Shown here piece by piece: positions 52,601 through 64,000 of a stretch of 64,000 nucleotides of DNA. Within the stretch, counting starts at the first letter, position 1, and every line of letters starts with the position of its first letter. The notes beneath the pieces were generated by a model that was given only the letters and a program-made list of their open reading frames with translations, had not been told where the DNA came from and made no database searches. Source of the stretch: Magallana gigas (lineage: Eukaryota); assembly GCF_963853765.1 (NCBI RefSeq), contig NC_088860.1, positions 26,660,001 to 26,724,000 of the forward strand, in the 5' to 3' direction. Made by a program: the position numbers and the translations under genes.

Positions 52601-55600
52601 GAATTTATCAAGGGTTTCTGAGGAGGAGTCGTTATTTAGAGGTGATTGCAGGACATCAACTTCCAGCATCGCTGAAAAGGGCATTTATTGCGATTGTATG
52701 GAGAGACAAACTGCTGTTTGTCAGCAAGGATTAGATGTGATGACATGTGCTGAGATTCAGAAGAGGAAAGGACTTTTAAATGGACAAAAAGGTCTGGGTT
52801 AAACTCCAGCTAAGTATTATAATAAGAAGGGATTGTAGATTGAAAATTGACAAAGTTGTTCCGTTAAAGTCTACATAATTATTTAGTGTTTCATAATACA
52901 AAAAAGACAAATTTCTAAATGCGTATACATGTACATACACTTGAACTATCGTTTATGCACTTTTTATGGGGTTTGACGGCTATGTGAAAATGATACTGCC
53001 TGGAACCCAGGTGCTGTCTTCAATTTGAAACAATTTCGCCCTAGTTTTGATAACTAACTACCTATAAAAACTTTTTTTCTCTCTTAGGAGTCAAACTTAT
53101 CACGCAAGACTTGATACAAGATGCCGAGTCCCCTCCTCTTCGATGCGTGTCACCTCGGAAGTCAGACTCATTTGAGTTTGACCCAGAGCATATGCCACCG
53201 GTATTTATTGTACACATACACTCAAAAAATATTTTTCGTCATAACACAACAATGTTGAGGTATACCTATCCTTCTTTTAAACCATAAATAAGTTTTGCAA
53301 TTAAATCTTATGGTAATTACATGAGCTGATAAAAAATTGAAAATGAAATAAAATTTGATGTTAGCGTGTGTGAATCAACTATACTGGTATTGTACCAGTT
53401 ATCGGCTAAGACCAGTTATCGGCTTAACTGAGGGTTCGGGTCTATAGCACGCGAATATCCGAGATTTTTTAATTCAGTCATCTGTTTCTAATAAAGAAAA
53501 GTAAGTTTGCTTGAAAACTTTCTTCAATATGTTTTAAACCTGAGCTTTAACGATCAGTGTTTACCGCTGATTTACATCTTTGCACTTTCAGCTGAGAGGG
53601 AAGTGACGTAATAAGTTAAAAATAGAATATGACCTCTTTGTGATACATAATTATATCCCTTCTTTGATTTGACATATAATATCAATACATATAACATTTA
53701 TAAAGAAAAGGAACTCACTAAATTCCGAGAGATTCATGGCGCAGTTGAACACCTGATTGTATAATTATGCATTGATTAGCGTACAATTGTGTGTATTACC
53801 TATCATGATTAAAGAATAATTTAATGAGTTTAATTTATGTATAATTACCCCTACGACCTATAGGCTGACCCCGCAAGGGACATAATTCAATCAACACTTT
53901 GCAGAATATAAAATCAACATGTACAAGGATTTTACTATGTTATTATCACGAAGCCGATAACTGGTACAGTAAATCATAAAACCTAGGCAAATTCGGGGCT
54001 TCCTAAAAAGCCCAGAAACAATATGTTTTAGGTTCTAAATGATGATATAATCTAACCGATGGATAAATAAGGAGTTCACAATTTAAGGTATGAAAAGTTT
54101 TATTCCAATATATCAAGAAATAAGGAAACACGAGAAGAAAACGTAAAATTATAGCCGATAACTGGTACAGTGCCAGTATCTCTTACATAACTTGTTTATT
54201 TTTTTAAGATCCATAATATATTTAAGTAATGACTATATAGGGTGGGAATTATTTTTGTCTGTTTATTTTTTTTTAAATTAATTATCAATTATTTTGACCA
54301 GTATTGATTACAAATAAATCATTAATTTAAAAATATTTGTAATATGAAATTGCACCCTTTATCTGTATGTGCTATGCTTATAAATGCTTAAGGATAACTT
54401 GATGATAAACAGTGACACCAAAAAAAACAAACTTAAACATGAAACTGGTGTCCATGATACATGACTGATGCTTTTTGATAAAGAATATATGTATTTTGAA
54501 CATACATCAATAGCATAGTTTTCGCTTGTATGATCAAGAGTCAACCTGCCTTTATTTTCTATTCCAAATTATAGGACCCAATATGGCCTACCCCAAAAAA
54601 TATCACAGAGGACATGGCAAAGAAAACTTGTGAAGATTTTTTGGGAAGTGACAAAGCAGGAGCATTATGTACGAAACTGCCAGGATTAGATCTAAATCCT
54701 ATACTGCAAGGCTGTATTACTGACATACAGGCGAGTGGTTATTTCACTTTTTTAGCAATCATATGGTATCAACATACTGTTATGATTCCGTTTTCAACGT
54801 AGAATTCTGATTTTTTTTTTCATTGATAGTACATGAATATTTTACAGTGATATTTAAGTTTGAAGATTACGAAGTTCATTAGAGTTTCATCACCTTTAAT
54901 TTTTTTTTATAGTTTTATCCGTTTAACTGTTGTGTAGATTTAAATTCAATATGTAAACAACAAATCTAAACTTAAATATTGATATGTTGCAAATATCTTT
55001 CATGCTGAGGGAGCAAACACAGATACACAGTCCGAGATAGCAACGACTGCTCCCCAGTCTAATATCAAATAAATGTATTTTCTGCTTTCCATATATAAAG
55101 GCAATCTTTACAGAAATTACTAGTTATCACAATCCCCTTTTTTATCTTCTCAATCAAAGAATTAAAGGCTACTTGAAGTTGAAAGTATTTGTATTTAAAT
55201 GTCCATTTTATCATCATTTATGGATCGTTAGAGTATCATTTCTAAAGCAAGATAACGTTGTTCAAAGAAGGATATATGCCCTTAATTTTTTATACGAATT
55301 TTTTGTATTTTTTTACGCAAAAATAGAAAATCTGTTTTGTTTGCAAGTAACGCATTGCTGAGTTTAAAATTTGATGTGAATAAATGCATAATATAAATAT
55401 CTAATAAATCATGTCCAGTAATGTCAAAAAGACGTTTTATTTTTTTTAATTGAAAAAAAATATTTATGAAAATTAAGAACTTTTTTTAATAATATTTTTC
55501 AAACCTATGGATAAAATTTTCTAAAGAAACGTATTCTATAGAAAGGAAATGCAAGGCAATCATCTTTAAAAAGAAATCAAATTGAATCAAATTGGCGAAA

Positions 55601-57723
55601 TTTTAGAAATAAGGCAAATTTTCAAAATTGAACCACACCCGATCGAAATTAAACTGATCCCGACTTGAATGATAGAAATTTTAAATATATAACAATTTCA
55701 CCCCAAAACTAGGATGTTTGGTTGTAATATGGCTTGTAAATTAGGAGAACAATTAAAAATCCAATTGATTTCTTTTCTGCACATGAAAAAATACTGTTGA
55801 TTTTTCATTTTTTTGTCTCTAATCGGGATCGGCCAAATTTTGAAAATTAGCAATATTTCTAAAATTTCGTCAATTTGATTCAATTTCTTTATAAAAAGTG
55901 ATTGCCTTATATTCTTTCTCCATAATACACGCATCTTTAAAAAAGTTTATCAGTAGGTTTGAAAAGTATGAACAAAAGATGTTTTCTATTTTCATAAATA
56001 ATTTTATATGAAAAAATTTACTTGCAACCAAAACAAATTTTCCATCTTTTCGTAAAAAATGCCAAAAAAAAATGTATGAAAAATTAAGGGCATATATCCT
56101 TCTTTGAACAATGTCAATTTGCTTTAAACATGATACTCTAACGATCTATAAAATAACATTTTGGTGTAGCATTCCACCTTAAATTGTAATCGGAAAAATA
56201 CAGTTTATGAACTGAAAATGTCTATAACGTTTTAATTAAAGGTTCAAATCCACTCAAAATGGAAACGTTTGTAATTTATTATGTGTCCTCTCGACATATG
56301 CAAAGAAATAATTAGAACTTTAGGTAAAAAAAAAAATATGGTGTATAAACACGACTGCATTTGTATGAATTTATCAGTTTTCATTGAATTCCGCGATTTC
56401 AACTAAAATGCTCTATAAACTGATATAGATTATTGTCACTTCACTTAACATTACTTAATCTGTGTAAAAAACAAAATTTAAAGGCAAGAAAAATTGGTTT
56501 TAAAACCGATTATGGTAAAATACTCCGGAAAGCTCCTGATGACGTAATGCGACAATCAACTGGCCTGAACAATTACAATGATTATTATAATATTATACTA
56601 GACTTTGATCAGTACGTGCACGGGTTGAGTTGACAATGCATATGATATCGGACATTTACAAAATAGATACATCAACACACCGTATTGATGACATTTACAT
56701 AACCAAGCTTTAAGCTTACAATAATGCTATTAATTTCACTTCACTCTGCTTAGTTAAAATAATCTTTGTCTCGGGACAGGCCTTCACCACAGTTAAAATG
56801 CCTCCCATTTACCCGTTATGTAGCAAAACATTGCCGTGAGAATCGCTCCTAAACGATTATGGAGAAAATTAATGAAGCTGCATTGAAAATAACAGTCAAA
56901 TTATTCATAACAAACCATTTTGAGGCTGTAAGTACCTTTCATCTAAAAATTTGATTCAATCATTGAAGAATTCAACACTTTTTCATCAACGTTTTTACTC
57001 GCTTCGAATTTACATACCATGTTGACATTCGGAACTCTCATATTAAATGCACTGAGTTAGAGTTACCTCCCGTTTTTTTCTTTGATGAACAGAATTTATT
57101 GCATGTTTCCAATAGTGAAAATTTACACGTATTTGTATTATCGTTTCGGAGTTTATCCATGCAAATGTGATATTGTGGAAGCATAAACTAATAAAGAGCC
57201 TCCCGTGATTTAGGGTGAATGTAATGCGCAAGCGCAAGATTGTTAAAATCCAAAAAATCCAGATGATTTGTGGATTTTAAAAAAAAATGTTTTTGTTGAT
57301 TATTAATTAGCGAAGCTTGATTGATAAAAAATAAAAACAAATTGGTAATCTTCAAGTACCAATGATGTTTAGAATATAGAAAACAAAAGACAGTACTCTT
57401 CCGATTTCTCGGTATTAAAGCCCAAAAATTCGAGTCTATTATTTTAATATAGAAGTATAGATTAAAACAAGTGTAAATGAACTTTTTGAGCTTTGTCTTT
57501 GGACTCGTTTTCATCCAGCAATTTTCTTGTTCTTTAAAAGCTTACAGACAGTACTGATTGGGCGAAGGAAAGCCTTGTCAATTTGCTACGAGAATGTATT
57601 ACCATAGTGGAGACGGACACAGACCAGTGGAGCAATGAGACAGAGGAGGCTGGTCCACCACCGGGTATTACCAACCTCATCTGTCCAAACAACTGCCAGG
57701 GCAACGGAAACTGTACTGAAGGT

Positions 57724-57785
<62 letters not shown>

Positions 57786-60700
57786 ACTGTAATCGTATCG
57801 TTATCGTGTTAAGGAAATGCGTGGCGTTTCATTGTTGCATTTAAAAAAGTCTTTTTTTATGAATTCCTATTATCAGGACTTTGTCAGTGCTTTCATCCCT
57901 GGATTGGAGACGATTGCTCCGTCAACAGTACTGTGCCACCACAGTTTGATCAAGTTGGCGATGGAGAGCCGTGTGACGCTGTTTGTTCAGAGTGTCTCTC
58001 TGTCAGATTATACGGCGAGAACTTTGTTGATGTTGAAAATCTTACATGCCACTATAAAGTACTGAATGTAGGTATTATTTGAAATCGTTTAAATCAAGCA
58101 TTTCAAAATTTTGTATACGCCTAAAAATTGAGTTACTTCTTTATCATTTGTAAGAGCTTTACTTTTATATTCAATATTCATTTGAAAATAGCTTATAATT
58201 AGGTAAACCTATGTTGAATTTCTCTATTCAATTTTAAACCTTATTTTGTCATTTTTTTTTCAGCTGAGACTGGATCCTATTTCAGATGTTAAAACAATAA
58301 AGGCGGCGTATCTTAACAGTGAAATAGTCAAGTGCACTCTTCCAGATGTAGCATTGTATGAAATTGCAGTCAGCAACGACGGAGAAATAACCAGTGAATA
58401 CAAACAATACATTGTTTTCAACAGTAACTGTCACCAATGCAACAGTTCTTGGTGTACAACAAGGGTATGCATAGGCTAATTATAAAATATTGTTTCTTTT
58501 GAAATTAGAAATAAAAGGAACGAGCTATTTTAATTTGTTATAAACATAATTCCTAACATGCATTATAAGATCATTTGATAAATACAATTTTATTGGTGTA
58601 ATTTTGAATTCATCATTAGCACGTTTCTCTTTTTCTCTTCTTGTACTTGTTTGCCCCATTGAAATTATCAGTGCATTCGTATAGAATAATATCTGCAAAA
58701 TTAATGGTGAGTGTCTGGACCATGGATTTGTGAATCCCAGGAACCAATTGGAAGTTTGCAACGTTACACTCTCTAAAATTCAGTGGTCTACTTTAAATGG
58801 TTAGTTAATGGAAAAACAGGTCTTTGATATAAACAATGATACCTGAAATAATGATTTTGCTGTAAAACACACCTTTCTCATTTAACCTTTCTCATTTATT
58901 AAGTTTTTCTCATGTGTTTTTTTTTATTCTCGTCCAATTATTATAAACAACTTCATTTAAAGATACATTACAATATTTCTAAGAAATGACATTGATAAAT
59001 GTTATCCATGTGGTAAACAATACATTTTATCTTGGTCTACTTTACATGATTTGCAGTTAAAGACATTCCAAAGAAGAGTTACGATTTTCAAGATATTTCT
59101 GGTCCCTTTGTTTTGACGAAGGATTCCAAAGTTTTAGTTGGGGGGACTGGTTATCCAGCAATAACAACTGGTTCTTCAGGAGGGAAAGCTCTCATGCTGG
59201 ATGGAAACCAGTACCTGTCAATGGGCGATTTAGTAAAAACAAGTACTTGTTTCGGTGATGCAGAAAAGAATCCACTTGGTATAACTATAAACCTTGATGT
59301 CAGACTAACAAGAAGCGCAAGCACCTGTTTTGTTTTCAGTACTGGCGGAGAGGAAGTTTCTCATTACGGATACGCTATTTGGCTCGAGAATGACAGTCTA
59401 TATGCCAGAGCTAGCAACAGTAGGCACGAATGGTCTGTTTCCATATCCAGCGTTCAGATGGATGAATTTATTCGTATACAGATGATGTGGAGTCTGCAAA
59501 GTGGATTACTTTTAAGCATCGATAACAACACAAAAGTATCAAGCAAGAAATGCATTTCAAGACCAGTCTCACATTACACCACTATTGAAGAATTTGTACT
59601 TGGAGGATCTTCAAAAAAAGACAAAAACTGCAAACTTGCTATAGAACGTCTTACCACTGTGTGTGCTTCTTGTGAAATTGTTAACAGAAGAGATCTATGT
59701 TTTATAGGTCAGTAACAAATTCCTTTCTTAAAATTCAAACATATATTTTTTTAGGAGTTTGGTCTATAAATGTTAAAGTAATAATTTGAAGTAAAGATGG
59801 ACGTTCAGCACTGAAGATCATACTTACATGTTGTACTCATTTTCTTTCAGAGCGAATCCCTCCGGTACCAAGTAACTCGTGCATAAGATCTTCGGCATCG
59901 ACTGCATTAGAAGCTGCAGTCATCTCTACATCTGTTCTTTCCGGAATTTCATTTTCCATCATCTGTTGCATATGTTTTATTTTCGGGTAGGGTAAAACAT
60001 ATATATTCATACGTAATAGTGACACACAAGCCATACTTTTAACTTAACTATATCTTAAATTTTTACACCAACTAAAGATTAAATTTTTAATTGAGAACAT
60101 TAATTCAGCGACAGATATTCTTATAATTACAGATGCAAACGACGGCGCAAGAAGAAGAAGCGGTACAATCATCTGATATCAGCTGAGCAGAGCAAAGGTG
60201 ATTGGAAAACGAAGTCTAAAAAAGCTGTACTAAATCCTGTATTCTTAGACGATTCCGGAACCTCCGCATACAGACATCACTGGACTGGAGAAAACCCTGC
60301 CTGGAGGATGTACAGGTACGTGTAAACACATGGACAAACATTGTTTGATTTTAAAAATGAGAATTATAATTTCAAAATGATTGATTAAGATGTAAACATC
60401 GATGAAAACCCTTTTAAAATATTTATTGTATATATCTAGGTACGAAGGGCATAACCAAGCCATTCCGCATGAAAGAGAAATAACAAATCGTGACGTCAAA
60501 CAAACCCATGACACAGGCATTCCATTTTACCAGGAAACAACTACAGGTAAAGTTGTACAAGGGTTTTCTGATGAAACAAGTGGAAGATCGTTTGCTCGCA
60601 CCACTCATGAAATCAGAACAGATCACATAGAAAAGACTAATTATAGAAGAAAAACTAGTTTTTCAGCGAATGACGAACATGGAAACCAATTCATTGATGG

Positions 60701-62830
60701 ACCTTTGGTCAATGAAGCAGTACGTATGTCAGCTCCAGAACATGAATCAAGCTTTTCTTTGTACCAAATATCAGAAAAGGAAAACCATAAAGAGTCGGCA
60801 GACTATAAACTCCAAAGACATGAAACGTTTACGGATAGAAGTCAAGCAATGATCAACACGAGATATGCAGAAAATCAAAGTCATGAGAAAACGATCAAAA
60901 CAATAAATACTAGCTTCTCGAAAAATGATCAGTCAAATGAAAGCCGATACCTTTGTTCATACTGTACGAGTCATGGTGAATTACATGGAGTAATGCTTAA
61001 AAGCCGTAACACAAGTGAGAAAAATTATTTTAAAGACAGCAGCTGTCAAACAGAAGCTTATTACTTACACTCAAGAGAAACGCAGAATGACATTGCTGAT
61101 AACAATAAAGACAAATTAACTTGCATGAAACAAAGCCATATCTCTGGATATCAAAGAGATGATGAAACGAATGTTTTGTCCTCTGCCAAATCATGCTTAA
61201 CTGTTTCGACCAGCCAAGCAACAACAAGTGAGCACCAAGATGTAGTATACGATGTCGAGGATAACCCAAGGCAAGTGGTGTTGGGTAGCATGGGTCATGC
61301 CATAGCTGAGGAAAGAGAAACAACACAATCAAGAACGCTTAGTGCGGCAAGAGAAGAAATTGCGGAGCTTTCCCCAAAAATCAATCCAACAGAGTCAAGC
61401 ATTGAATTGCTAGACAACGCGGTGTATTTATCAGAGAAAAACAAAGATAAAAAGAGATTGAGCCTTGAAGAACAAGAAAAAATGATTTGGTTGCAAAGCG
61501 AATATGAAGAGAATGAAATTAGTTCATTGCCTACTAGAATAGAGCAGCCACATGCGAAATATTCTAATGAGGCGACAGGAATACAGAGAAAGGAAAGCAG
61601 TGATGAATCATATGAAATAATAACGGAGTGGATTCCAGAAAACAAAATGAAAATTTATACAACGTCGCACAGCCTGTCGGAAAATTATGGCGTTTCAAAC
61701 CCTAAGGCATCAGAAAATGGAAGTGGCTACTCTCGACAAGGCCTTTTTGTTAGTAAGACCAGTGGAAAGGTTGACGCAGAGAAAATTGATGAAAAATCCG
61801 ACAATGCTGTTGGAAAAATACTTAAGTCTGAGAAGGAGATTGATCTTGGAAGTAACATTCAGAATAAAGAAATGATTTCAACGGACTCTGCGAAAGGGTT
61901 TATCATCCAATATGCAAATGATAATGAAACACAACCGAGTTATAAATCATATACAGCAGGCGAAACGATGAGAGACGGGGGTGAAGTTCATCATGCAAGA
62001 ATATTAAGGCATTCAAAGAGCGAACAGCAAAGCCGGGTAAATGCTTATCAAATGAATGAACAGAAGGCTATCGCAGAAAATAAAAAGTCGTGTCAACATT
62101 GTGGTGAAGTCATGAATACTGCAGATTGTATACCACTAGTTTCAGGGTCAGCTCGAAATCCCACTCAAGCTAAGCCGGACACATTAACCATTGTAGAGTC
62201 TAGCAAGAGCACTGAAATGGAAATGAAACCAGAATGTCAAAGCATCTATGTTATCAGGCGGTCAGCTGCTGAGATAGTCGAAGAGAAACCAGAAAAACAT
62301 TTTCATAGAACACTCTCTCGAAAATCAGGGGAAACGAGCGACGACTTTCTTGAATATGAATATAGCAGAGTAAACCATCGCTCTGATGAACAAAAACAAA
62401 AATTTGCTGCTGGTGTTCAGACACCTGAGATGAGACCAGTGGTCAAATCTTTCCAAAACGGGGATATCAAATATGATGTTTCCCAAATAGGAACTCGAAA
62501 AACAACATTGCAAAGGTATGATGTGAATACAGCTAAGAAAGTGGATTCTTCGGTAGATGATGAAAGCCTCGTCTATTACAAGCCGGATGGAATTATGTAC
62601 AGGTATTTTATATTTGGTAAATGCTCTTACTATTATGAGTTGGGGGGGGGGGGGGAGTTTTGTAAGAACATATTCATGCTTTTGTTCATTTGTTTAGATA
62701 CAAACCATGCGGATCAAAAGAATATGTGTCGGATAGCTATAGTTTTGTTTCTAGATCTAAAGTTAAGGAGCCACTCCAAGGAGAGTCGGTCGTCACATCT
62801 CAGAACAGGACAAGAAGAGATTCCTGCTAA
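40633..62830 (+). CDS. Type-I membrane protein: signal peptide - 2x C-type lectin - Ig-like/VWDE-like - VWD - EGF - LamG/ConA-like - TM - long disordered tail (VWDE-like family), ~2170 aa
   Basis: Phase-consistent exons: 40633-40714 (MHRMCCSCKTIGFVIFISTKLICVLSQ), 42360-42530, 42692-42796, 45073-45183, 45490-45651, 45787-45897, 46294-46416, 47466-47683, 47911-48000, 48102-48255, 48721-48947, 49261-49337, 49446-49509, 50085-50297, 51493-51607, 52312-52420, 52613-52791, 53088-53200, 54575-54730, 57541-57721, 57877-58067, 58264-58464, 58685-58799, 59057-59707, 59851-59986, 60133-60315, 60440-62602, then a terminal exon 62698-62830 (or 63225-63318). The terminal exon choice is uncertain. Confidence 0.85.
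40927..41145. other. Assembly gap (N run), intronic
   Basis: N run. Confidence 1.
41661..42190 (+). repeat. Interspersed host repeat, copy 2 (intact), ending in a ~164-bp palindrome
   Basis: Shares tttacatctaccaag, cagactcaaagtc, aaagaaagatgt and the hairpin 42027-42190 with copy 1. Confidence 0.85.
42360..46416 (+). CDS. Two tandem C-type lectin domains (six exons) of the receptor gene
   Basis: CTLD1: CDGDWVRYGDSCY...FWIG...QPDNSGNNEHC...WNDLPCSHTRPFVC. CTLD2: CDKTWSTRKGRCY...LWVG...GQPNNGAEDC...WHDITC...VMC. Each domain has the classic three-exon, phase-1 layout. Confidence 0.93.
46065..46195. other. Assembly gap (N run), intronic
   Basis: N run. Confidence 1.
46539..47395 (-). mobile_element. 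Non-autonomous Helitron, copy 1
   Basis: Minus strand A|TCTATACTACTATATT...; 3' hairpin CCCGTGCACGCACGGG followed by TCAAAGTCTAG|T. Confidence 0.88.
48426..48678. mobile_element. TA-flanked MITE, copy 2
   Basis: Same TIRs and internal sequence as 39241-39494. Confidence 0.85.
49261..58067 (+). CDS. VWD domain, Cys-rich (C8-like) segment and EGF-like module of the receptor gene
   Basis: VWD start CSSINDPHMTTFDG; GLCGTFDGNRNNDL...FSLSWR; EGF ICPNNCQGNGNCTEGLCQCFHPWIGDDC. Confidence 0.9.
49993..50067. other. AT-rich inverted repeat just upstream of a 3' splice site
   Basis: ttaaaaaaaattctatatccaatt ... aattggatatagaatttttttaa. Confidence 0.8.
50571..51090. mobile_element. TTAA-flanked non-autonomous element (Kolobok-like)
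   Basis: ttaa|agggacttggagacgattt ... aaatcgtgtttaagtccct|ttaa; the RR termini after TTAA argue against piggyBac. Confidence 0.75.
53382..54178. mobile_element. TA-flanked non-autonomous DNA transposon (~800 bp)
   Basis: 27-bp TIRs tactggtattgtaccagttatcggcta / tagccgataactggtacagtgccagta, with internal sub-terminal copies of accagttatcggc. Confidence 0.85.
55217..56152. mobile_element. Foldback-type element with long degenerate inverted arms
   Basis: 55217-55350 pairs with 56019-56152, and 55490-55635 pairs with 55830-55970. Confidence 0.8.
56598..57461 (-). mobile_element. Non-autonomous Helitron, copy 2
   Basis: Colinear with 46539-47395 over the whole length and with the same ends; the 3' hairpin is partly degenerate. 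Confidence 0.88.
57727..57782. repeat. (GA)n microsatellite directly after a donor site
   Basis: gaag|gtgag is followed immediately by the GA run. Confidence 0.97.
59057..60315 (+). CDS. LamG/concanavalin A-like domain, transmembrane helix and basic stop-transfer segment
   Basis: Exon 59057-59707 encodes ALMLDGNQYLSMG...GITINLDVR...FVFSTGG...GYAIW...L.IDN, a beta-sandwich pattern. Exon 59851-59986 encodes the hydrophobic AAVISTSVLSGISFSIICCICFIFG. The next exon starts CKRRRKKKKR (positive-inside rule). Confidence 0.8.
60440..62602 (+). CDS. 2163-nt single exon encoding ~721 aa of low-complexity S/E/T/K-rich cytoplasmic tail
   Basis: Core of ORF 60402-62867. Acceptor tctag|gtac at 60439/60440 and donor cag|gtattt at 62602/62603, both phase 2. 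Confidence 0.75.
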
Positions 62831-63224
62831 TGAAAGGACAAAAAAGTTTACAGGTATTTTATCCTAAGCAATAACGATATAGAGGGCAGCTGATTGATTG
62901 ATATATTGATTACTGAATAATATTGCATTCAAGACAAATCAATTAGTAAAGAAGTAATATCATACATGTGTCAAGGAACAAATAAAATAGTAACCAACAT
63001 TATTTAATAATAGAAAACGCGACAAGTAGTTACTATTCATGCCAAAGCATTACTAATAGATAAAATTATAAAATTTATTGACCGAGAATTCTTGCGATTG
63101 TAACATCTAAGAATATTTAATGTATAATAATTAAATTAGTGTTACAATGTTTGAAACAGACTACGGCAGTGATAGCTGAACTATTTAGATAATTATTAGT
63201 TTTGTTACCCTGCAATTTTTTCAG

Positions 63225-63318
63225 GTCTTACACAGATACGTCAAATGCAGCAGAAGAAGAAAAGGATACCATCACTACATACAAGTTATGGGAAGTTGAC
63301 AAGAAAGCTGGTGATTAA
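63225..63318 (+). CDS. Candidate alternative terminal coding exon of the receptor gene
   Basis: Polypyrimidine acceptor tttttcag|g. The phase-2 reading gives (R)SYTDTSNAAEEEKDTITTYKLWEVDKKAGD*. Confidence 0.5.
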
Positions 63319-64000
63319 CATTACTAAACGCCATTAAAATCATCAAGGTTTTGGTTATTTTTTTCTAAAGTTTACTAAGCTTTGCTTTTCCAAAATTCTC
63401 GTGTTCAAACCATGTAATCGTTTCAGTTGGTACATTGTATATAATATCAGTCTTATGCGATATGCACTTTATCCAATTATTCTATCTATATAATCGAAAA
63501 GTATTATTTAAACTTTTATAAGAAGGTTTAATCATAATATATTCATGTATGTACATGTTTAAAGTTACAAGTTTATAATTTTGTGATTGAACATGTTTTT
63601 GGTTTGTGGACAATCTCTGAAAAAAATTCTTTTCCTTTAAGTTTTACTATGAATGTGTTACAAACAAAGCAACGTGAGGTATGTCCTGAACAAACTTTTT
63701 TGTGTTAATTTCTAATGCCTCCTGCCTCCATAAAGTATCAAGATTTGTTTCAGCATTGTGTAATGTTAATTCAATATCATTGGAAACTCTATGTTTTCTG
63801 AAATGTCCTTAATTAAATAAAGAAGAAGGCGAGAAATATGCCTATATGAAGAGGGATAAGATACTGCAAAGTTAAAATATCAACAAGTCTGATAAATTAT
63901 CTTTAAATAAATAAAAAGAACATCGGTTTGTTACACTTTATGTATGTTAGATATTTAGAATAGATTGATTTACAGTGGCGAAAACCCTCCAAATCCTCAA

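Noticed and set aside
2421-62513. Most short ORFs in the supplied six-frame track (60-110 aa)
   Set aside because: They are antisense or off-frame shadows of real exons, intron read-through, microsatellites (SLSLSL, ERERER) or N-gaps, not independent genes.
60402-62867. 821-aa ORF as a stand-alone intronless gene
   Set aside because: It starts and ends in intron-like sequence, and its core is bounded by phase-2 splice sites that join it to the TM exons.

Overview
AT-rich, intron-rich eukaryotic DNA with three short N-gaps. The repeat content (Cg170/CvA-like HINE, TA-target MITEs, CORE-like SINE) suggests an oyster (Crassostrea/Magallana-like); this is an inference. I reconstructed three spliced genes by hand with phase-consistent exons. 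(1) CFAP43/WDR96 on + has 34 exons at 2044-23605, about 1415 aa in the window, with the N-terminus upstream. (2) FBXW4-like F-box/WD40 on - has 9 exons at 33989-27195, 401 aa, convergent with CFAP43. (3) A type-I membrane protein of about 2170 aa on + (40633-~63318): signal peptide, 2 C-type lectin domains, Ig-like/VWDE-like region, VWD, EGF, LamG/ConA-like domain, TM and a very long disordered cytoplasmic tail. Introns and spacers hold many non-autonomous TEs, several nested, some with empty-site evidence inside the window. The most unusual signals are (a) three independent tandem arrays built from an exon 3' end plus its own 5' splice site, which create stacks of duplicated donors and possible in-frame micro-exons or extensions, and (b) the lectin-VWD-EGF-LamG receptor with a modular cytoplasmic tail and a probable GC-AG intron. 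All calls come from reading the sequence; no searches were run.
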